From NCBI RefSeq assembly GCF_009914755.1, contig NC_060938.1: a stretch of 64,000 bases of DNA; one strand, written 5' to 3'. Positions 30,637-43,225 of this stretch are shown in pieces (within the stretch, counting starts at the first letter, position 1; every line of letters begins with the position of its first letter). Position numbers and translations under genes: made by a program. The stretch comes from the human T2T-CHM13v2.0 reference genome, Homo sapiens. The notes beneath the pieces were generated by a model. It was given only the letters and a program-made list of their open reading frames with translations. It had not been told where the DNA came from and ran no database searches.

Positions 30637-31944
30637 TACATTATTTTAGTTTGAAAAGATATTTTTGCCTCATTTGGTGACATGCTAGTTTTACGTGTTA
30701 GAAGTGGATACAAAGAAATGTTTGCAGTGACTAAATGCAGTTAGATTTGGCTCCCCTAAATAATTTATCTCTTCTTTTTTATTGTGTATGAAGTCTTTTT
30801 TTTGTGTATGAAGTTTTTTTTATTGTGTATGAATCTAAAAAACTATAATTGGGCTGTCATAAATCTGTTTCTTAATAGAATGGCAGCAAGGTTTTCCAGG
30901 GTTCACACTATTGCTAGAAAGGCACTTAGATAATATAAAGGATTTCAAAGGAAAATATTCTAATATGGATAGATTCAAGTAGGTGAGATGTCAAAAAATA
31001 AATTAGCCATAGAAGAGATTTGTATTTGTTTTGTTTACATACATAAAATATTTAACCTCACTCGATTTTCCTGTTAGAAAACAGTGGCAGAAATGTTTTA
31101 TGAAGTCGTTGCTCTTGATCACCAGGCTGTCTGGGCAGTTGTCAGTACAAAGTGTTACTAACTTGACTGCTTTTTATGGGAGGATTATTTTTATTTGTGC
31201 TTTTCTGTTCTGATCTCAATCCCTGGAATCTGTCTTACTTAAGTGGACTTTTGAGGCAAATAGTCATCGAAGGCTCTTCTTTTGGGGAAACCTGAGGAAG
31301 GGCGAGAAGCTCTCCCTGTCTCCTGGATCTGCTTGCCCTCTTAGGACCCTTCCCCTTTGGGTTTCCTTCCCTTTATTCTCTCTCTCATCATGAGCTGTGC
31401 ATCCACTGACACCCTAACAGACTGGCCGTCAGGACCCTTTGGCTAGCTGAAGTCCTCACTCTCTGATCTCAGCCCCCCATGCCACCCCGCCCTGACTTTG
31501 TCTCTGTTTCTTCCTCCAAGTCATTGAAGATCTTTCCTTTATCCATCATGAAGTCTGGAAACTTCCCAATGATATTTCTAGTTGTGGGTCGTTCTTTACT
31601 CGTTCTGCCCAATATGCTGCATCATTTTCAATATGAGACCAGTGTTTTTCTTTCATTCTGAGAAATATTACTATATCTTTGAAATATCTTACATTTTCTG
31701 TTCTTTTTGTCCCATGAGGAGGACAGTATGGCCCCACTTATTTAGATGTATCTTTGCATACTCAGAAATGGATATAGACAGGCACTTCTAGGACCCCTGC
31801 CCTGCAAACCACTCTCTCCTGCTTGCTGAGAGTCTCAGTCTTCCCCTTTGTACTCAGTGTGTAGTAGCGGTAGTTTTCAATCCTACTATCCGTTAGAATC
31901 ATGCTGGGATGGAGCTTAGGCATTTATTTTTCCAAAAATTCGTC

Positions 31945-32110
31945 AAATCTCAGCTCTACCATGTATTAGCTATGTGATCCAATTCACTTAACGCTTCAAC
32001 TCTCGGTTTCCTTATTTGTGAAATAGAGATAATAACATTTCATTTGGTTGTCATGAGGATCAAATGAATAATGTTTGTCAAGTGCTTTGTTGGCTGGTGG
32101 ATGCTCAGGA
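31945..32110. mobile_element. MIR fragment
   Basis: MIR core ctcggtttccttatttgtgaaatagagataataa. Confidence 0.65.
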
Positions 32111-32358
32111 AATTATAATACAGAAGCCAAGGTAACAGCTGAAGTGTACCATGTGCCTGGCAAGGTATCAAATGCCTTATGTTAATTATTTTATCTCCAG
32201 AGTCCTTTAAAATAAGTACATTTATTTGTACAATGCTCTGAAAATTGTTTTAATTTACCCGTGTTGCATTGTTTTCTTTATCCTTTTGTATACATATTTT
32301 TTGTACTTCTTAGCATATTTATATTTCTTACTCTAGTTTTCAAATGTTATTTACTGGA

Positions 32359-32706
<348 letters not shown>

Positions 32707-33789
32707 TAATATTCCATTAAGTTGCTATTCTATAATATACTCAGCCATTCCAATATGGCTGAACTGGTTCTTTAGGCATAGAACTCATTTTACTTTGAAA
32801 CTTCTGATGTACACTGTCAAACTGCCCCTCAAAGCCTGTGCCATTTTATAGTAACACGGGGTCACATTTGACCTGGCTGTGTTATTCTCTAAATTCTCTA
32901 ATTCTATTAAATGGAATGGGAGTTGTGTGAAATGTTCCTTAAGAAATTAGAAAAATGACAGTGATTCAATCAAGCAACCAATCAATTTAAAAAGCATTTT
33001 GATAATGTACTAGGAATTATATACAGAGAAGTCTAAAGTTATAGTGTGACTAAGACAAGAAACAGTAATAGTGATCATGGAATAAAACCCTCTAGTCTAT
33101 AAAAGGACCTATAATACAGATATATCTATATTGCAATAGTTGCTATATTGTATCACATACAATCCATTAGTGATCAGCGTGGGATGTGTAGAGAAAGGGA
33201 ACCCCTTGCTCCCCTGCTTTCAGGGTCAGGGCCAGCTCTGGATAAAAGTTGTTACATAGGAGAAGTTGGTATTGGCAGACAATTCCTTCTTACGGAGACC
33301 TTGTACTGTGTGCTGCTCCCTACCTGACCTTATGTCACATAACATAGGCTGGAGACAATTAGAGTTTTCCTGGAGATTAATTTTGAGATGCTGATAGCAA
33401 AGATCCTCATTCTGCTGGGGCTGTTAAGCTGGGAATGTAGGAAGTTGGGGCTGTTGATGACCATCTTCCCTGGCTGTATTTAGGGAGCCAGTTGCAGGAA
33501 GAGAAAATGAGGAACAGGGAGAGGGGAGCAAAACCAACAGGTGATGAGAGGGGGAAGGAAGGAGACAAAAAGTGCTTGAGCCAGATGGTGAGAGGGTAGC
33601 TTGACAATTACCACGGTAGCCTGTATTTTGCCTGTAGCCTTTTGGGGTTTAAATACTTCACGTCAAACGTGTGACTTCAATCAGGCAATTTTGGGCGGCA
33701 GGCTGAGAGCCACAACATAGGTGTTTCTTTTTAACTAAGGCCCATGCTTTTGCCATGTCTTGGGTGTCATTCCCTCCTGCAGTCTCAGA

Positions 33790-36060
33790 ACGCTATGATC
33801 TCTCTCCTCGGTGTTGCTTACCCATTCTAAACAAGCCCTTCTTCTAGTGATTCCATCTTCTTCCTCAGCTCTCACTCTCCTTCCCATCCCAGCCAAACTT
33901 CTTGAAAGGGTGCCTACATTCACTCTCTCACACACTTTTCACCTCAACCTACCCTAACAGGCTTCCACTCACAACTCCCTACTGAAACTGTTGAAAGATT
34001 ACTAAGGACCTGTCCATGCCAACTCCACATGCCATTCTTTTTAAATTTATTTTTATATTTTGTAGAGACAGGGTCTCACTTTGTTGCCCAGGCTGGTCTT
34101 GAACTCCTGGGCTCAAGTGATCCTCTTGCCTCAGCCTCCCAAAGTGCTGGGACTACAGGCGTGAGCCATGGTGCCAAGCCCATGTGGCGTTCTTTAGTCC
34201 TTGCCTACTACATCTCTTGACATCATTTGACCTAGCAGACAATTCCTCCCTGCTTGAAAACTTTTTGGTTGGTTTCCATAATACCTGGACACCACATCTT
34301 CCTGGCTACTGCTTTTCTCTTACCTCCCTGGCTACTGCTTGTCATCCCACTTGCCTGCTTCTCCTCCACCTATAAATGTTGGAGTTGCTGGAGGGCTCTG
34401 TCCTGGGTCCTTCTCTCAAGTTGCATTCTCTTCCTATCTTCCCATAAAGAGTCTGATCCACTATTCTAGCTTCAATTACTATCTGTATACCAATGGCTCC
34501 CAAATTTGTCTTTAGCTAAGAGACTGCCCCTCCGAGTGTCACAACCACATAGCCAATTCCCCACTTCAGATTTCTGCTTAAATGTATCAAGATATATCAA
34601 ACTTGATAAGTTTTGAATTGAGCTCTTCATCCTCCCCTCCCACCCCCAACTCTTTATCCCTGCCCCAATCTCCTCTTGCCATGTTTCTTTCTTTTTTTGA
34701 GACAGGATCTCACTCTGTCACCCAGGCTGGAGTGCAGTAGCATGATCATAGGTCACTACAGTCTCAACCTCCCAGGCTCAAGTGATCCTCCTGCCTCAGC
34801 ATCCGAGTAGCTGAGACTACAGGAACCTGCCACCACGCCTGGCTAATTTTTATATTTTTTTGTAGAAACGAGTCCTCACTTTGTTGCCCAGGCTGCTCTC
34901 TAGGCTCAAGTGATCCTCCTACCTTGGCTTCCCCTGTGAACACAGGCACGTGCCCTGGCTAGTTTTAAAAAGTTTTTTTTTTTTTTTTTTTGTAGAGATG
35001 AGAGTCTCCCTATGTCGCGCAGGGTGGTCTCAAACTCCTGGGCTTAAGCCATCCCCCCACCTTGTCCTCCCAAAGTGCTGGGATTACAGGCATGAGCCAC
35101 CACACCTTGTCTCATGCCGTTTCTTAACTCCCTAATAGCTCCCTAGTCCACACAGTTGGCTCAAGCCAGATTCTGCAAGTCATCCTTGATACCGTCCTCT
35201 TCCTCATTCCCTTCAATCTGTCATCAAGACTTGTCAGTTCTACTTCTGAAACACTTCTTGAATTCATCTATTTATCTTCATCTCCATCACTACCACCTGA
35301 GTCCTGGCCACCATCTTCTCACCTCTGGACTTTGGCAACAGCTTCATAAACTGGTCTCCCCACACTCGTGCTGCTTCTTCCAATCCACCCCCGAGAGAGA
35401 TATTTTATTTTACTAAAAAAATAAAATGGGACTACAGGCACATGCCACCACATCCAGCTAATTTTTTTAGTTTTTATTTTTTGTAGAGACAGTCTTGCCA
35501 TGTTGCCAAGGCTGGTCTTGAACTCCTGGGCTCAAGCAGTACTCCTGCCTCAGCCTCCCAAAGTGTTGGGTTTATAGGTGTGAGCCACCTTGCCTGTCCC
35601 CAGAGAGGTATTTTAAAACACAAATCCTCATCTTACCCTGGCTCTGCTTAACAGCCTTCAGAGGCGTCCAGTGGCCCATAGATAATGTCCAAGGCTTTCC
35701 TGTGATCTACCAGTCTGGTCAGTGTGACCACCTTTGCAAGCTCATTTCAGCCACTCTCCCCTCACCTTCCTCAGCTCCAGCCACGCCTTCCTCAGCTCCA
35801 GCCACGTAGGGTGCTTTTGGTTCCCAAACAGGCCAACCCATCTGTCTCCTCAGGAGCTCTCAATGAGCTGATCTCTCTGCTATTTGCTTTTTCAAGGAAC
35901 CCTTCCCTGACCACCCATCCAGTTATAATACATCACCCCTTGGCACCGTGGGCTTTTCCTTCACTGCACCCTCTTCTATTAGTTGTTTTTCCTCCTTGTG
36001 GGACTGTAAGCCCCAGGAGGGCAGGCACCATGGCTGTCTGACCCACTGCTCTGTCACCAT
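33790..36060 (-). mobile_element. L2 relic with nested Alus (34040-34181, 34686-34960, 34973-35107, 35428-35600; all minus strand)
   Basis: CT-rich L2-type sequence (ctactgaaactg; ggctcccaaattt; ctgtaagccccaggagggcagg) interrupted by Alu pieces. Confidence 0.7.
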
Positions 36061-36651
36061 TGCCAATCCTGATAGGTACTGATAGGGTGAAGATGGAGTG
36101 TCTGGTATCGTCATATCCCAGTCCCAGGACAGCTGTGTGGCCACCTACCATTTGGGGACTGTTTTCTTTTTAAAATTTAAAAAAAAATTTAAAGTCTACA
36201 CCCCATGATTCTGTATGGGGACTGTTTTCTTTTAGCCCCAAAGTCCAACAGGAGCAAATCCTTTAGTGGCTCTTAAAGCTAGAGTTCAGCTGTTTGGAGG
36301 AAAGGGTGACAGAGCTGACCCACAGGGTAGATGCGACATCTTCCCCTGGAGCACTAAGGCCAAACAGGAGCCCCCTGGACGTTTGGGAGCAGGCTTTACA
36401 AGCCCTGCCTAAAGCTAAGATGTCATTAGAGTGATGCGTTGCATCCCTGCCTTGTTCTCTAAGGAAGCTTTGGTGTTTTCAAGACAGGCCCTCTCCCCCC
36501 TGGCCCATTGTCCTTACTTGTTTTCATTCTGTATAGTGCTGTTATTACGGGTCAGGCCTCCTTGCACTCATGTGAAATCGTTGAGAACCTACTCAATTAG
36601 AAAGTTCTGAACAGGGCCTTAGAGGAGTGGGGGCTAGAAAGATGAACCTGG

Positions 36652-36800
36652 GGCCAGGCACGGGGGCTCATGCCTGTAATCTTAACACTTTAGGAGGCAG
36701 GGGCTGGAAGATCACTTGAACCTGGGAGCTGGAGGTTATGGTGAGCCATGATCACACCGCTGTATTCCAGCCTGGATGACAAAGCAAAACCCAGTCTCTA
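36652..36800 (+). mobile_element. Alu monomer (FRAM/FAM-like) with GAAA-rich tail
   Basis: Single-arm Alu. Confidence 0.75.
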
Positions 36801-36923
36801 AAACATAAAAGAAAGAAAGGAGGGAAGGAAGAAAGAAAGGAATGAAAGCAAGCCGAATCTGCTCTGAGGGAACCAGTATAGCAAGACAGAATGTAATCAA
36901 GTATCTTAAGAGTGGCCTAGGCT

Positions 36924-37240
<317 letters not shown>

Positions 37241-38230
37241 AGTGGCCTAGGCTTTTTGGGGAACAAATTGGTTGTGGCTGGCCCTCAGGGAGCAAGCTTT
37301 GCGGCATAGCAGCGTAGGCTAAAAGGTCCTCCCCGGAGACAAAATCTGCAGGGACCACGGGGTGGGAAGCATCAGAAGGCTGCCCACTCTGACTGCAAAT
37401 ACAACAAGCTGGAGTGTTCCTAGAAGAGGCAATTTCTTCCGCGTGTGTGTTGGGGACAGCCTGTGTGTGTGAACATTTTCTGCCCTTGCCGCGCAGGGCT
37501 GGGTGGACCAGGAACCACCCGCAGAGGAAGAGACTTATTACCTCTTGGCCATGTCTGTCTCCAGAAGAACCGACCTTTCCTGCTCTATGTGCAACAAGAC
37601 ACACCTTCCGAGGAAGGAGGCGAACAGGATTTCCATCATTACTACTGCCCTATTAAAACACACACATACACACAACTGTGTAATTAGCCTCTGCAGGAAA
37701 GGCGCACAAACAGGATGCGTTCGAGCTGACCCCGGGATGAGCCATCCCTGTAAATATTAGGAAAAAGAACCTCCCCGCCGTGCCCCCGCCTCCGGCCAGG
37801 GCCTCTTGGGGATGGCCCTGCAGGGTCACCAGCCCACCGGGGAGGTTGGGAGAGAGGGGGCGGGCGACTCCTCGCCGCGCGGGTTCCTGGCTGGAGCGCC
37901 CTCCTCTGCGTCCTCCCAACCTTCCATCGCTCCCCAGGTCAGTCTACCACGCCTCAGGTGTTTGCTCGGGCTGGGCCACGAACCCTTTCCTTTTTGGCCT
38001 GCGCCCGGGGTGGCCCCTAACCCGCAGCGCACGGCCAGACCCAGCGCTACAAGGAGGGCGCGCAGGGCGGCGCAAGCGGGCACTGGCCTCCCGGGGGCTT
38101 GCGCGGGGATCCACCCACCGCAGGGCCGGGCCGCGGACCGCGGGCCACGCCCCTGGGGTCCGGAAGGCGCGGGAGCGGACGCGGGGGTTCTGTGAACTTG
38201 GAACCTGGCGGTGCGAGGTTCTCGCCGGGG

Positions 38231-38287
38231 ATGCGGCGGCGGCAGCTGCTTCCTGGTTTGAAGCTCGCCGAGTGGGGGAGAGCGTGA
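38231..38287 (+). CDS. uORF1 in the PRKCH 5' leader, 18-aa MRRRQLLPGLKLAEWGRA
   Basis: gggATGc at 38231, TGA at 38285-38287. Only relevant to transcripts starting upstream of 38231. Confidence 0.75.
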   Translation: MRRRQLLPGLKLAEWGRA

Positions 38288-38566
38288 GCCTTCGGAGGCG
38301 GGGGCAGGAGGAGAAGCAAGAGGAGGCGGGGGAAGAGACGCTTGGGGCTGGGGCTCACCGGACGGGTAGGTCCGGCTCTCCAGGGAGAGGAGCTGCCCGG
38401 CCCTGGAGAAGGGGCGAGTCCTGCGCGAGTCCCCGGGAGGCGCCGCGCGCTTGGAAGGGACGGTCGGGCTTCCCCGGCCCGCTGAGGGCTCGGCGGCGGG
38501 CTCCCCTCCTTTCCACCTCGGGAGGGAGGGGAGGAGGGGAGGGAAAAGTCCCACGGAGGAGGCAGA

Positions 38567-38647
38567 ATGGCCAGTCGAGGGGCGCTTAGGCGCTGCCTTT
38601 CCCCAGGGCTGCCTCGACTCCTGCACCTGTCCCGAGGGCTGGCCTGA
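38567..38647 (+). CDS. uORF2 in the PRKCH 5' leader, 26-aa peptide MASRGALRRCLSPGLPRLLHLSRGLA with a pseudosubstrate-like motif
   Basis: agaATGg (A at -3, G at +4), TGA at 38645-38647, 67 nt before the main ATG and in a different frame. SRGALRR resembles the PKC pseudosubstrate RKGALRQ. Confidence 0.9.
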   Translation: MASRGALRRCLSPGLPRLLHLSRGLA

Positions 38648-38714
38648 GACGGGACTCCCGGTTCTCCCGCTGCGAAGCAGCGCGGCCCCCCGGGGCCGGG
38701 GCAGCGGCGCCGGC

Positions 38715-39077
38715 ATGTCGTCTGGCACCATGAAGTTCAATGGCTATTTGAGGGTCCGCATCGGTGAGGCAGTGGGGCTGCAGCCCACCCGCTGGTCCCT
38801 GCGCCACTCGCTCTTCAAGAAGGGCCACCAGCTGCTGGACCCCTATCTGACGGTGAGCGTGGACCAGGTGCGCGTGGGCCAGACCAGCACCAAGCAGAAG
38901 ACCAACAAACCCACGTACAACGAGGAGTTTTGCGCTAACGTCACCGACGGCGGCCACCTCGAGTTGGCCGTCTTCCACGAGACGCCCCTGGGCTACGACC
39001 ACTTCGTGGCCAACTGCACCCTGCAGTTCCAGGAGCTGCTGCGCACGACCGGCGCCTCGGACACCTTCGAGGGTTGG
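38715..39077 (+). CDS. PRKCH: Protein kinase C eta, coding exon 1 (aa 1-121, N-terminal C2-like domain)
   Basis: Translates to MSSGTMKFNGYLRVRIGEAVGLQPTRWSLRHSLFKKGHQLLDPYLTVSVDQVRVGQTSTKQKTNKPTYNEEF...DTFEGW, the PKC-eta N-terminus. ATG at 38715 (ggcATGt), second in-frame ATG at 38730 (accATGa). Ends at the canonical phase-0 donor TGG|GTGAGT (39078). Confidence 0.98.
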
Positions 39078-40604
39078 GTGAGTAGCGGTGACCCCTTCCC
39101 TTTGTGTCCACCCAACCCCCGTTCCCCTTATGTTTTTCAAAACTCACCCGGGTCCCGCTTTCCCATCGCTTTGTGGCTGAGGGAATTCCCTCCAGACTTT
39201 GGTCTTCGTCCAGGTGGCCGCGGCACTGGTGACGCGACCGCGGTGGGTGTGTGCAGGCGCAGGTGTGTCTCCAGGAAGCCGGCCTGGACACGATCCCCTT
39301 TCAGGACAGCGGCTTGGCCTAACGGGAAGTCGGGCAGGGGTCCAGGGCGGTCACCCTTTCCGCCCAGTCTTTGGGTAAGGAGCTCCAACTTTCAGCACGC
39401 GAGTGATAGGTAGGAAAGGCAGGGAAGGAGTGATACAAAAGGGACTTGATTTGGGTAAAGTGCTTCAAGCGCTACTTAGGAGAAAGCCGTACATTCTCGC
39501 GAGTATTATTCATAATGTTTATGGATACATGTTGGTTCAGCCGCTCAGACGTGCACACGTGTTTCGGCTTGCACATCCCAGAGGTACATGAGCTACACTG
39601 GCAGGGAAATGAGCGCCTGGGTCTGCACGTTGGCAGTTTTATTATTTAGCATTTTTCCAAGGAGATGAGATTTACATATACTTGCAGGTAACTTAGTCAG
39701 TCCGAGGTGGGAGTCCTGCAGTGTGGGTTTCTGCTGCTATGGGTCTGAGAAGAGGCTGTAAGGACTCCTCAGGAGGTTGTTAACTGTCTTCCCTCCCCCC
39801 ATCACCAGCCTGTGTTCCTGGGTATTGACGTGTAGCTACCCGCAGCTCTCCCCTTGCCTCTGCTTTTCACATAGTTCCCATGAGGCATAATTTCTGCTGT
39901 AAATCAATTAAAACTTCTAGAGCGCTCTACACGGTGCTAACATGCTTTTACTGCCTAATCCTCACACTGTCTTTGTGATGCAGGTGTCATCGTTCCCACT
40001 TTGAGATGATGGAATGATAATTATAATAAAGTAGTCTGGTTTGGCAAAGTGGAGTACGCCATTTGAAGACTCTCAGGAGTTTAATAGTTTAAGTTCTGGA
40101 GGGAGTCAGTTTTGAACCCAATATCAGTATTGAAAATGTTTGAAATTTACAAGTGGTGAAATCAGATGGATGGTGATGAAGGCTCATTTAGGTATTTATT
40201 TTATACTTTGTGGAATTAGTAATTTTACCGTATATTTTCTAAAATTAAAGATGGCTTGTGGAGCTATTCCTTTCTTTTAAATAGAAGTACAAAAACCATA
40301 ATGACTAACCTTAATCGTCAAATTATATTGAGTTAATTTCCCTTCAGCCTAATTTACTTTGTGGTACTTAGAAGTGGGGACTAGAGAGGAATTGCTAAAA
40401 TACAGTTAGATATTTACATTTATCCTGTGAATTTCTGGAAATGAAATAGAAGTGAGTGTAGGCATCCAGATGGAATTGTTGAGTTCTATTAGTGTCTGAT
40501 TAGGAGTTAGGTCGGGCAAAGCTCTAGAGGAACTAGGTTCTGAATTATGGTGGTGCAGATTGGCCAGTGGCCATGAGAAGCATCTCTTCCTGGAGATAGC
40601 CTAG

Positions 40605-40770
40605 ACTCGTCCTTCTCAACCATAATCTTCCCACTTGAATCACCCAGGGACCTTTAAAAAATCCCCACTTTTAAAGATTCTAGATAGGAATCTCTGGCTG
40701 TGGGACCCCATCATCCGTACTTTTAGGCTCACCAGGTGATTCCAGTATGCAGTCGAGGTGGAGAACCTGC
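40605..40770. mobile_element. MER5-like hAT MITE
   Basis: ttctcaac...gaatcacccaggg...gaatctctgg...caggtgattcc...ggtggagaac. Confidence 0.65.
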
Positions 40771-41244
40771 AGCCTACATGAAGACCAAAAGATGAGGACT
40801 TCTTGGTGTCATAAGTGTAGGAAGATCCACGTTATCTGACTAGGTGGCATGTACAGAGCTGCTTATTGTTCCACTGGATGAATATTCAATGTAAATCAGA
40901 TATCGATATTTATAATGGTCTGAAATAATTACACTTAGATGTTTAATATAACCCACTGGTGGTGTTTTGGAAAACGTTGAGTGGTTGGTAGGGAGGGTCA
41001 GCATTTAAATGACCTTGAAACCAGCAGTTTTTCATGCGTTTGCATGCATCAGAAGGCAGATTTTTTTGTTGTTGTTTTTTTTAAAAAGGTTTTGGGTATT
41101 TCAGAACTGTAAGGATATGGAACATAGGTTGGGCAGAGTGTTGTTTCTTTTCTTTTTAAAGAAAATCTTGTTAAAAAAATTTGGAAATATATGGAATGCA
41201 TGCTTTTTTAAAAAAGTATCCTTTATAGGTTCAAAAATGCTTTA

Positions 41245-41372
41245 AAAAAATAGAGATGGGGTCTTGCTACCTTGTTGACCAGGCTGGTCTTGAACTTGTG
41301 GCCTCAAGCCATCCTCCCACTTCAACCTCCCAAAGTGCTGGGATTACAGGTGTGAGCCACTGCATCTGGCCC
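41245..41372 (-). mobile_element. Alu monomer (FLAM-like)
   Basis: Left-arm Alu. Confidence 0.85.
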
Positions 41373-41629
41373 AAAGGTGCTTTTGAAGTTCAGGATTAAA
41401 GAAATACTTATTTATCTTTAGTATTTTAAATTGACATGTAGTTTATTCAGAGAGTTAAATGTGGAATAATTGAATTTACTCCATAATAAATTTATGGTTG
41501 CAAGTGGAACTACAGATTACTGACTTAAAAAAAAACTATTGAAGTTGCAGGTTCAAAAAACCCCCAAAACCTAGTGACTTAGTTTTTGCTAGATCCAGAG
41601 AAGCTCTTAGCTGTAGGTTATGGATGAGA

Positions 41630-43225
41630 GGATTCAATATGGTTAAGATCTCAATTCTTCCCAAAGTATTCAATAGGTTCAGTATAATCTCAGTCAAAAT
41701 CTAAGTTTGTTGTAGAAATTGACAGACTGACTTTAAAATTTATATGGAAATGTAAAGTACTGAGACCAGTCTAAGAATAGTTTTGAAAAAGAACAAGTTG
41801 GGGGACTTAGAGTATCTGATTTCAAGGCTAACTGTAACATGACCGTAATCAAGATAATGTGGTATTGGAATAAAGAGAGTCATACAGATCAGTGGAATGA
41901 ATAGAAGAGAGTCTAGGAATAGATCCACACATATATGACCCACTGATTTCTGATAAAGCTGCCAAGAAGGCAACTCAGTGGGGGAAATGATAGTCTTTTC
42001 AACTAATGGTGCTTGAACAACTGGATAGCCACATACAGTAATATGAGCCTTGACACTTACCTCACATCCTACAAAGACATTAATTCAAAATGGATTATAG
42101 ACCTAAATGTAAGAGTTTAACTGTGAAACTTCTATAAGAAAACAAAATTGTAGTGACCTTGGGTTCAGCAAAAAATTTTTAGATAGCGTACAAAAGGCAC
42201 CAACTATAAAAAAATCAGTAAGTTGGACTTTATCAAAATGAAAAACTATTGCTTCCCAGAGAATGTTTAAGAAAATAAAAACCCAAGCCACAAATGGGGG
42301 AAAATAACTGCAACACGTAAATGAAAGATGTGTAACATGAATATATAAAAGAACTCTAACAGCACAATAATAATGAGAAAAATACCTAATTTAAAATCCA
42401 ACAAATGACTTGTAACTTGTCAAATATTTCAATAGGCACTCACCTTCATGCCAAATAGCACATTAAAAGATGCTCAAAATCATGAGTCATTAAGGAAATG
42501 CAAATTAAAACCAAAATGAGATCTCAGTATGTTCCCACTAGAAAGGTTAAAATTAATAAGACTGACCATACCAAGTGTTGGTGAGGAAGTGGAGCACCTG
42601 GAACTCTCATATGCTATGGTGAGGAATGTAAAATGGTAAATCATGTTGGAAAATAGTTTGGCAGTTTCTTAAACTATCAAACATATGCCTACTATATAAC
42701 TTACTGTTTAGTATTTACTAAAAGAAATGAAATCATTCATACAAAAGCTTGTCCACGAGTGTTCATAGCATCTTTATTTGTAATAACCCCCAAAGTGGAA
42801 ACAACTCAAATGTCAACAGATGAATGTTTAAACAATTGTGGTTTATCCATACAATGGAATATTACTCAGCAATAAAAAAGATGAACTATTACACATGTAA
42901 CAACAGGAATGAATCTCAGAATAATTATGCTGAGTGAAAGAAACTAGACAAAAAAGTACGGTTTCATTTATGCAAAATTCTAGAAATGAAAAGGAGTCTA
43001 TAGTGACAGGAAGCAGATCAGTGGGTGCCTAAAAATGGAGAGTGGAGGTAAGGGAGGTGGATTACAAAGGAGGCAGAAACTTTTAGGGGAGATGAATATT
43101 TGTGTTATTCTGATTGTGGCAATGATTTCACAGTTATATACATATGTCAAAGCTTATTAAATAGTTCACTTTAAGTATGTGCATGTTACTATATGACAAT
43201 TATACCTGAATAAAGCTGTGGGGAA
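41630..43225 (+). mobile_element. L1M (L1MB-like) 3' portion: degraded ORF2 end plus 3' UTR
   Basis: ggaaatgcaaattaaaacc, ccaagtgttggtgagga, catacaatggaatattactcagcaataaaaa; ends tatacctgAATAAAgctg. Confidence 0.88.

Larger units (their letters stand above)
37770..39400. promoter_or_regulatory. CpG island / PRKCH promoter
   Basis: Very GC- and CpG-rich compared with the CpG-depleted flanks. GC boxes (GGGGGCGGG ~37856; GGCCACGCCCC ~38143), ETS-like CTTCCTG ~38249, no obvious TATA box. Confidence 0.92.

Noticed and set aside
37780-39388. Long overlapping ORFs on both strands (269 aa, 304 aa, 184 aa and others)
   Set aside because: Expected in a CpG island where stop codons are rare, or as the antisense shadow of the real exon. 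The products are low-complexity Arg/Gly/Pro/Ala with no recognisable domain.
39078-39413. C-terminal part of the 320-aa ORF-track entry
   Set aside because: Read-through into intron 1 past the GTGAGT donor; PKC similarity stops at W121.
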